The translations under genes were made by a program, and so were the position numbers. A DNA stretch of 59,153 nt, counting the filler. It is 9 parts of 9 records of this genome, joined end to end, with 100 filler letters (N's around TTAATTAATTAA, not from the genome) between each part and the next. Parts side by side here need not be neighbours in the genome. Positions count along the whole stretch, not along the records: positions 48,970 to 53,991 come from SRR31156797_7876; positions 54,092 to 59,153 come from SRR31156797_7878; 7 more parts are not named here. One strand, 5' to 3'. Positions 48,971-59,153 of the stretch are shown one piece after another. Positions within the stretch are counted from its first letter, which is position 1; every line of letters begins with the position of its first letter. The notes beneath the pieces are model-generated. The model worked only from the letters and a program-made list of their open reading frames with translations, was not told the origin of the DNA and made no database searches.

Positions 48971-49939
48971 AAGAACCTGGAAGCAAAAACAGCGCTTTGT
49001 GAGAAAGTTGAAGAAATTAGTACAATAGAGATCACCAATCACAAAGAATGGGATGAAAAATCGAAAGAGCTTATTGAATTACAAAAGGTTTGGCGTACCA
49101 TAGGTTTTGCTCCGCGCAAAGACAATAATAAAATATACGAACGTTTTCGTACGGCTTGTGATACTTTTTTTGATGCCAAACGTGCTTTTTATTCTAAAAA
49201 CAAAGAACAACAGAGCAATAATCATCAGCTAAAAACCGACTTATGTGTTCAAGCTGAATCGCTTAAGGATAGCACTGATTGGAAAAAAACGACCCAGGAC
49301 TTTATTAATATCCAGAAAAAGTGGAAAGAAATTGGTCCTGTTCCCCGAAAATACTCTGATAGTCTGTGGAAACGCTTCCGTGCTGCATGCGATTATTTCT
49401 TTGATAAAAAATCGGATCATTTTTCAGGAGTCGACACTGAACAGCTTGATAATTTAAAGCTTAAAGAAGAGTTGGTTGAAGAGGTTCAGAATTTTAAAGC
49501 TGCCGATGATATTGATGAGAACCTGGCATCATTAAAAGAATTTCAACGTCGCTGGATGGAAATTGGCCATGTACCATTTAAAAAGAAAGATGAAGTTCAG
49601 GCAAAATTCCGTGAGGCAATAAATAAACTTTTCGATGAACTTAAGTTGGACGATGAAAAACGTAATTTGTTGAAATTCAGGAATAAAATGTCGTCGTTCT
49701 CTGAGACTTCCAGGGGCCAGAACAAAATGCGACTTGAGCGGGATAAATACATGAACAAGATGAAGCAATTAGAAAACGACCTGATATTGTTAGACAACAA
49801 CATCGGTTTCTTTGCTAAATCAAAAAATGCCGAATCGTTGATTGAGGATGTTAAAAAGAAAATTGAGGTAACGAAACAAAAAATTGAATTGCTAAAAGAT
49901 AAAATCCGGGTGATTGATGATATGGACAACGATGAATAA
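48971..49939 (+). CDS. DUF349 domain protein; 5'-truncated
   Basis: Frame open from 48971; repeated LQK.W..IG.VP.....W.RFR.ACD.FF and NL..K..LC units. Confidence 0.88.
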   Translation, partial: KNLEAKTALCEKVEEISTIEITNHKEWDEKSKELIELQKVWRTIGFAPRKDNNKIYERFRTACDTFFDAKRAFYSKNKEQQSNNHQLKTDLCVQAESLKDSTDWKKTTQDFINIQKKWKEIGPVPRKYSDSLWKRFRAACDYFFDKKSDHFSGVDTEQLDNLKLKEELVEEVQNFKAADDIDENLASLKEFQRRWMEIGHVPFKKKDEVQAKFREAINKLFDELKLDDEKRNLLKFRNKMSSFSETSRGQNKMRLERDKYMNKMKQLENDLILLDNNIGFFAKSKNAESLIEDVKKKIEVTKQKIELLKDKIRVIDDMDNDE

Positions 49940-49961
49940 TAATGTATAACTTATCATAACT

Positions 49962-49988
49962 AAAAACCGGCTTTTTGCCGGTTTTTTT
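49962..49988 (+). terminator. Rho-independent (bidirectional) terminator
   Basis: AAAAACCGGC-TTTTT-GCCGGTTTTTTT. Confidence 0.88.
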
Positions 49989-50082
49989 GTGTCGTATTTT
50001 TTTATCAGTAATGACAGATGTGTTATTGAAACCAGTATTTGTTTCTGAAAGAATTAAAGGAATTACAATTGATTGAATTACT

Positions 50083-50347
50083 GAATTCTTAAGTCCCTGA
50101 GAATCGCATGAAATAATTTTTTAGTACAGTTTTCAGTTTAGCACATTTTAAAAGCGCTAGATTTGTGCGTTCTAGAATACTCAATAGAAAAACTTTCTTT
50201 CAGGGGGGATTTTGTATTTATAGATGTGCAGCTGATGCGCGATGGAATGTGCGTTAACCGTGTGGCTATTTAATATAGTGTCGAATTATAGGAAAAACCA
50301 TGCCTAGAACTACGAATTCTTAAAGCTCTGAGAATCGCATGAAATAA
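50083..50347. repeat. Two 34-bp intergenic direct repeats (50083-50116, 50314-50347)
   Basis: GAATTCTTAAGTCCCTGAGAATCGCATGAAATAA vs GAATTCTTAAAGCTCTGAGAATCGCATGAAATAA, 31/34 identical. Confidence 0.85.
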
Positions 50348-50515
50348 AGAAACACTTATAAACTTTTACATAAAATCTGTACCGTTATCAGACTAAAGCC
50401 GTGATAACTGATTTTATGCAAACTAGCAGAGCTAGCCGTATTATGCTGAGTATTCCAAAATATCAAATACACACACTTGTCCTATAATTGATATTATGTT
50501 TATTTGGGTGAATTC

Positions 50516-50543
50516 AAAAAAAGGAGAGTCGAAACCCTCCTTT
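50516..50543 (-). terminator. Rho-independent terminator of gyrA-TPR
   Basis: Minus strand AAAGGAGGGT-TTCG-ACTCTCCTTTTTTT. Confidence 0.85.
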
Positions 50544-50548
50544 ATATA

Positions 50549-51727
50549 TTATTGTCCTAACTTTTCAAGAATTTCGTTGTACTTATCCATGTCTTTTAAA
50601 CGGTAGTACAAGTTTTTCAACGATTCTAAAGTCATTTCATCGTCTGCATTAATCTCACGGCACTTCTCCATATATGGTAGTGCTTTTTCGAACCAAATAT
50701 CAGCCTTCTTTAATTCTTCCTGATACTTTGCGTTATCATTTGCAGGAACAGCATTTGCAACTTCGATTTGCTTAACACCTTTGTTATAGTACAAAGCACC
50801 TAAGTTATAATATGAGTTAAAGAAAGTTGGATCAACTTCTGACGCTTTTTTGTACGCTTCTACAGCATTTTCTTCTTCACCAAATTTTTCATACAAAGCA
50901 CCTTTTGCAAAATGATAAGTTACGTTATTCGGATCTTGTTCAATTGCCATTTCCAAATATTTCAACGCTTCTTCATTCTTGCCCATTTTCATATAAAGGT
51001 CAATCATATTGGTCAATACTCCATTGTCAGTTGGGTATTTTTCAAATCCGTCTTGTACCGCTTTTAAGGCATTAACAGTATCTTGCATTTGCAAGTAAGA
51101 TTCCGATACCAAAGCATAACTACGAGCGCCATTATAACCGTATTTGGCTGCTTCACTATAATATTTAACGGCTTTTTCAAAGTTTTTAGCGTTGTATGCC
51201 GCTAAACCCGAATTGAATAGAATAACCGTATCAACAGCATCAGGATTGTCTTCTTTTACTACAGGAATTTCCTGAACTTCTAAAATCTGTTCGAAAGATC
51301 TTAAAGCCGTTTCAAAATCGTTATTGTTAAAAGCTTCAACTGCCTGATTAGTAAGGTCGTTGGTTAACAATGTTAATTTAATCTTTACACTTTTACCAAA
51401 CTTATTTTTTTCGTCTAATTCAAGTGCTTTTTTATACGACTCAAGTGCAACAGTTAAAGGATCATCGCTTAAAGCCTTATAGTTAGCATCCTGACTTGAA
51501 AAAATGGCTTGATAAACTTCACCTTTTACCTCCCACGTTTTTGGCCATGGAATAGATTTCTCGGCTTTTGCATTATTTGCGTCGGTTGCTTCAGTAATTG
51601 CCTCAAATGCTTTGTCCAATTTACCTGTGTCTTTAAAATTCTGGGCACTGGTAACTTTTCCTTTTTGAGCAGATGCAGCGCCCACTGTAAGTACCAAAGC
51701 TAGTAGAATAATAGTTTTTTTCATCAT
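50549..51727 (-). CDS. Exported tetratricopeptide repeat protein
   Basis: Signal peptide (ASA-Q) and multiple TPR units (YYNLGALYYN, ALPYMEK). Confidence 0.9.
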   Translation of the reverse strand: MMKKTIILLALVLTVGAASAQKGKVTSAQNFKDTGKLDKAFEAITEATDANNAKAEKSIPWPKTWEVKGEVYQAIFSSQDANYKALSDDPLTVALESYKKALELDEKNKFGKSVKIKLTLLTNDLTNQAVEAFNNNDFETALRSFEQILEVQEIPVVKEDNPDAVDTVILFNSGLAAYNAKNFEKAVKYYSEAAKYGYNGARSYALVSESYLQMQDTVNALKAVQDGFEKYPTDNGVLTNMIDLYMKMGKNEEALKYLEMAIEQDPNNVTYHFAKGALYEKFGEEENAVEAYKKASEVDPTFFNSYYNLGALYYNKGVKQIEVANAVPANDNAKYQEELKKADIWFEKALPYMEKCREINADDEMTLESLKNLYYRLKDMDKYNEILEKLGQ

Positions 51728-51842
51728 CTAATTTTTAAAATTTAATCAAATATCGTAACAACTAATTTTTCTGCGAACTAACGTGCCACAAAAATAGCTG
51801 TTTTAACATTTTATTCAAATCTTAGAAAGAATATTCAAATAT

Positions 51843-53990
51843 TTATTCCGTTTCTAAGTTATTTTCTTCATTATCAATATTTTCACCTACTTCAGGATTG
51901 ACTTCTCCTTCAGTTTCCTCTTCAATATTCACACGAGCTACTGAGGCGATCCTGTCATCATCTTTAAGGTTTATCACACGTACACCTTGTGTAGCTCGTC
52001 CCAATACTGATATCGAATTTATTGCTAAGCGAATTGTAATACCGTTTTGAGTAATAATCATCAAATCATTTTCATCAGATACACTCTTAATAGCAATAAG
52101 CTCACCTGTTTTTTCAGTGATGTTCATTGTTTTAACACCTTTACCTCCCCTGTTGGTAACGCGGTAATCATCAATTTTAGAACGTTTTCCGTAGCCATTT
52201 TCTGCCAGCACTAAAATGTCTTCGTTTTCATCCATTACACAAACCATACCAATTACCTCGTCTTTCTCGTGACCAAGCGTAATTCCTCGTACACCAGATG
52301 CGGTTCTACCAATAGCTCTCACAATGCTTTCATTGAAGCGAATGGCTTTTCCGGAACGAACTGCAATCATAACTTCGCTACTGCCATTAGTCAAACGTGC
52401 TTCTAATAATTGATCCCCTTCTTTTATGGTAATCGCATTTACTCCGTTCTGACGTGGACGAGAATATGCTTCGAGTGTTGTTTTTTTGATTATACCTTTT
52501 TTGGTGGCAAGAATAATGTAATTATTATTAATGAATTCCTGATCGGCCAGCGTTTTAACTTTTATAAATGCCAATACTTTATCATCTGGTTCAATATTCA
52601 AAATATTTTGAATTGCACGGCCTTTAGATGCCCTGGTACCTTCTGGTATATCATATACCTTTAACCAGTAACATTTTCCTTTTTCAGTAAATAAAAGAAG
52701 GGTATTGTGCATTGAGGCAATTATAATGTGCTCCAGGAAATCTTCATCACGGGTAGTACTTCCTTTTGAACCAACTCCTCCCCTTCCCTGGGTTCTGAAT
52801 TCGGCCAATGGAGTACGTTTAATGTATCCCAAATGAGAAATCGTAATTACCATTTCTTCGTCGGCATAAAAATCTTCAGGATTAAATTCTTCTGCATTCG
52901 GAACTACTTCACTTCTGCGTTCGTCACCAAATCGTTCCTTAACTTCAATTAATTCTTCCTTAATAATTTTCATCCGAATATTAACATCAGCAAGAATCTC
53001 TTTCAGACGTTCAATTTCCGCCATAATCTCTTCGTATTCTTTGTGTAGCTTGTCTTGTTCCAGACCAGTAAGCTGACGAAGACGCATTTCAACAATTGCA
53101 CGGGCTTGAATTTCACTAAGATCAAATCGTTCGATCAGTTTTGTCCGGGCTTCTTCCGGTGTTGAAGATCCACGGATTATTGCAATAACTTCATCAATGT
53201 TGTCGCTGGCAATAATAAGTCCCTGAAGTATGTGAGCACGTTTTTCTGCTTGTTCAAGTTCGTACTGTGTACGACGTGTAATCACCTCGTGACGATGATC
53301 GACAAAATGCCTGATCAGGTCTTTTAAGTTCAGTATTTTCGGACGCCCGTTAACCAGGGCAATGTTGTTCACACTAAAGGACGTTTGAAGCTGAGTATAT
53401 TTGTATAATTTGTTTAAAACAACGTTACTCATAGCATCGCGTTTCAAATCATAAACAACACGCATGCCTTCGCGGTCCGATTCATCGTTTACATTTGAAA
53501 TTCCTTCAATTTTTTTCTCATTAACCAAATCGGCTGTTTTTTGTATCATTTCAGCACGGTTAACCAGATATGGAATTTCAGTTACCACAATTTTTTCACG
53601 TCCCCCTTCATTTTCAATGTGGGCTTTTCCTCTGATTACGACGCGACCTTTACCTGTTTCATACGCATCAATTACGCCCTGATAACCATAAATTATACCC
53701 CCTGTTGGAAAATCGGGAGCTTTAATAATATTAATCAGTTCCGAAATTTCAACGTCGTTGTTGTCAATGTATGCAATAGTAGCATCAATTGTGTCGCTTA
53801 AGTTATGTGGCGGCATATTTGTAGCCATACCAACCGCAATTCCGGAAGCCCCATTTATTAAAAGCTGGGGTATTTTTGTTGGAAGTACCGTGGGTTCATT
53901 TAACGATTCATCAAAGTTTGGCTGGAAGTCGACCGTGTTTTTATCTAAATCGGCCAGTGTTTCTTCCGAAATCTTCGACATCCGTGCTTC
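51843..53990 (-). CDS. gyrA: DNA gyrase subunit A; 5'-truncated
   Basis: EARM, NGASGIAVGMATNMPPHN, APDFPTGG, GyrA-box-like QGRGGVG, beta-pinwheel repeats, acidic tail. Confidence 0.97.
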   Translation of the reverse strand, partial: EARMSKISEETLADLDKNTVDFQPNFDESLNEPTVLPTKIPQLLINGASGIAVGMATNMPPHNLSDTIDATIAYIDNNDVEISELINIIKAPDFPTGGIIYGYQGVIDAYETGKGRVVIRGKAHIENEGGREKIVVTEIPYLVNRAEMIQKTADLVNEKKIEGISNVNDESDREGMRVVYDLKRDAMSNVVLNKLYKYTQLQTSFSVNNIALVNGRPKILNLKDLIRHFVDHRHEVITRRTQYELEQAEKRAHILQGLIIASDNIDEVIAIIRGSSTPEEARTKLIERFDLSEIQARAIVEMRLRQLTGLEQDKLHKEYEEIMAEIERLKEILADVNIRMKIIKEELIEVKERFGDERRSEVVPNAEEFNPEDFYADEEMVITISHLGYIKRTPLAEFRTQGRGGVGSKGSTTRDEDFLEHIIIASMHNTLLLFTEKGKCYWLKVYDIPEGTRASKGRAIQNILNIEPDDKVLAFIKVKTLADQEFINNNYIILATKKGIIKKTTLEAYSRPRQNGVNAITIKEGDQLLEARLTNGSSEVMIAVRSGKAIRFNESIVRAIGRTASGVRGITLGHEKDEVIGMVCVMDENEDILVLAENGYGKRSKIDDYRVTNRGGKGVKTMNITEKTGELIAIKSVSDENDLMIITQNGITIRLAINSISVLGRATQGVRVINLKDDDRIASVARVNIEEETEGEVNPEVGENIDNEENNLETE

Positions 53991-54091
53991 GNNNNNNNNN
54001 NNNNNNNNNNNNNNNNNNNNNNNNNNNNNNNNNNNTTAATTAATTAANNNNNNNNNNNNNNNNNNNNNNNNNNNNNNNNNNNNNNNNNNNN

Positions 54092-54932
54092 GATCACAAT
54101 ATTCAGCGATATCACAACCGGCATCACTTGTGCAAAAACCACCACCAGCAACTTTACAAACGGTCCAATTCCCTTCTACAACACAGGCTGAAAGGGCATT
54201 ACAGTCATCATCATCCACGCATTCACTTGCATAAACACACTCGTTTTCCGGCTGCTTCAACTCGCACATAAACCCGAACTGACAATCTTCGTTCACTGCA
54301 CAAGGACTGGTATCAATACAATGGTAGTAGTCATCTTCAAAAAGACATTCATAACCTTCGGGACATTGGCTGTTATCTGAACATTCGTTTTTTGATCGAC
54401 ACATTTTAAAAAGCCCATCAGTTTTGCAATATTCACCCGGGGCACAATCATCATCATCGTTACATATATCCGGAGCTGTATTGGTCACACATTCTTTCCA
54501 GTGATCTTTTTCCACACAGATCTGCATAGCAGTACAATCCTCATCACTTTCACACTGTCCGAATTTTATGCATTCATTGGGCTCGAGCATAACATCACAA
54601 ATATACTGCCAGGCGCAGTCTTCATTCGTTTGACAAAGATCAACCGGTTCAGGATCATCAGGAATTTCATTATCTTCATCAACAACAGGATTATCCACAA
54701 CTTGAACATCATCGTTCATGTCCGGGATCTCCTCATTATCCTCAGCCTCATCAGGCTCCACTTTTTCATCAACTTCATCAGCATCATTAACATCCTTTTC
54801 ACCGACTGCGTCAACATCGGTCATATCGGTATCCTGACTGCTCTCTTCTTTCGGTCTTGTCTTATTATTCTCATCACAGGACAAGATAAAAAAAACAGCT
54901 ACAAATAACGCCAACAAAATAGTTTTTTTCAT
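54092..54932 (-). CDS. Lipoprotein with acidic linker and tandem Cys-rich repeats (CxxxxDCxxxxxC...C); 3'-truncated
   Basis: Lipobox ILSC; at least six repeat units of about 27 aa. Confidence 0.85.
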
Positions 54933-55100
54933 ATTTTTCTCCAAAAAAGTGCCCAACACATGAAGATTCTACTCAGTAAAATTTATTTCTCAAACATTTT
55001 TCGTTGAAGTATTTACTTATATAACTATAATAAAATTGTGTTGGATATGTAACCAAATATACAGCGGTTTAAAAATTGCTGATAATTAAGGGAGCTAGTT

Positions 55101-59101
<4,001 letters not shown>

Positions 59102-59102
59102 A

Positions 59103-59153
59103 ATGAGAATCATAATTTTCGGCCTGGTTCTTTCTCTTTTTCTAGGCTGTCAA
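59103..59153 (+). CDS. Start of a further lipoprotein; 3'-truncated
   Basis: MRIIIFGLVLSLFLGCQ, signal peptide with lipobox FLGC, 1 nt after the previous stop. Confidence 0.65.
   Translation, partial: MRIIIFGLVLSLFLGCQ

Noticed and set aside
50083-50347. CRISPR array
   Set aside because: Only two copies, about 197 bp between them, and no cas genes.
51772-51789. Sigma-54 promoter upstream of the TPR gene (minus strand TGGCACGTTAGTTCGC)
   Set aside because: GG-to-GC spacing is one base longer than the strict -24/-12 requirement.
7902-54091. Regularly recurring TTAATTAATTAA within N-runs, and any functional link between neighbouring segments
   Set aside because: These are artificial joins. 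Composition and gene content change at each one, so cross-contig neighbourhoods mean nothing.

Overview
This window is not one locus. It is nine unrelated contigs joined by artificial 100-nt spacers (N-run + TTAATTAATTAA + N-run): 1-7901, 8002-15003, 15104-21908, 22009-29792, 29893-36835, 36936-42276, 42377-48869, 48970-53991 and 54092-59153. Contents: (1) a MAC-type chemosensory-like cluster (binding protein, hybrid kinase, CheR, CheB, REC-REC-GAF protein); (2) a phage fragment with P1-like pacA/pacB/mat/gp26 and a candidate pac repeat array; (3) glgP, a decayed kinase, an HDAC-family + hydantoinase-A pair and a GNAT; (4) lysS, a self-contained DUF362 Fe-S + CbbQ/NorQ + CbbO/NorD operon, vapBC and a USP; (5) alphaproteobacteria-like lolE/lolD, dnaE and rpsB; (6) a translationally coupled three-gene operon of a multi-wHTH protein, a P-loop ATPase and a PD-(D/E)XK nuclease fused to an FtsK motor; (7) a Bacteroidota-like hydCBA [FeFe]-hydrogenase with a non-canonical active-site motif plus a degenerate PAS sensory hydrogenase; (8) DUF349, TPR and gyrA; (9) tandem CglD/beta-integrin-like vWA lipoproteins and a Cys-rich lipoprotein. 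The best candidate for an undescribed system is contig 6, a probable defence module. The DUF362-CbbQO operon and the P1-like packaging module come next. All family calls come from reading motifs and from recall; no database searches were run, and taxonomic labels are inference.
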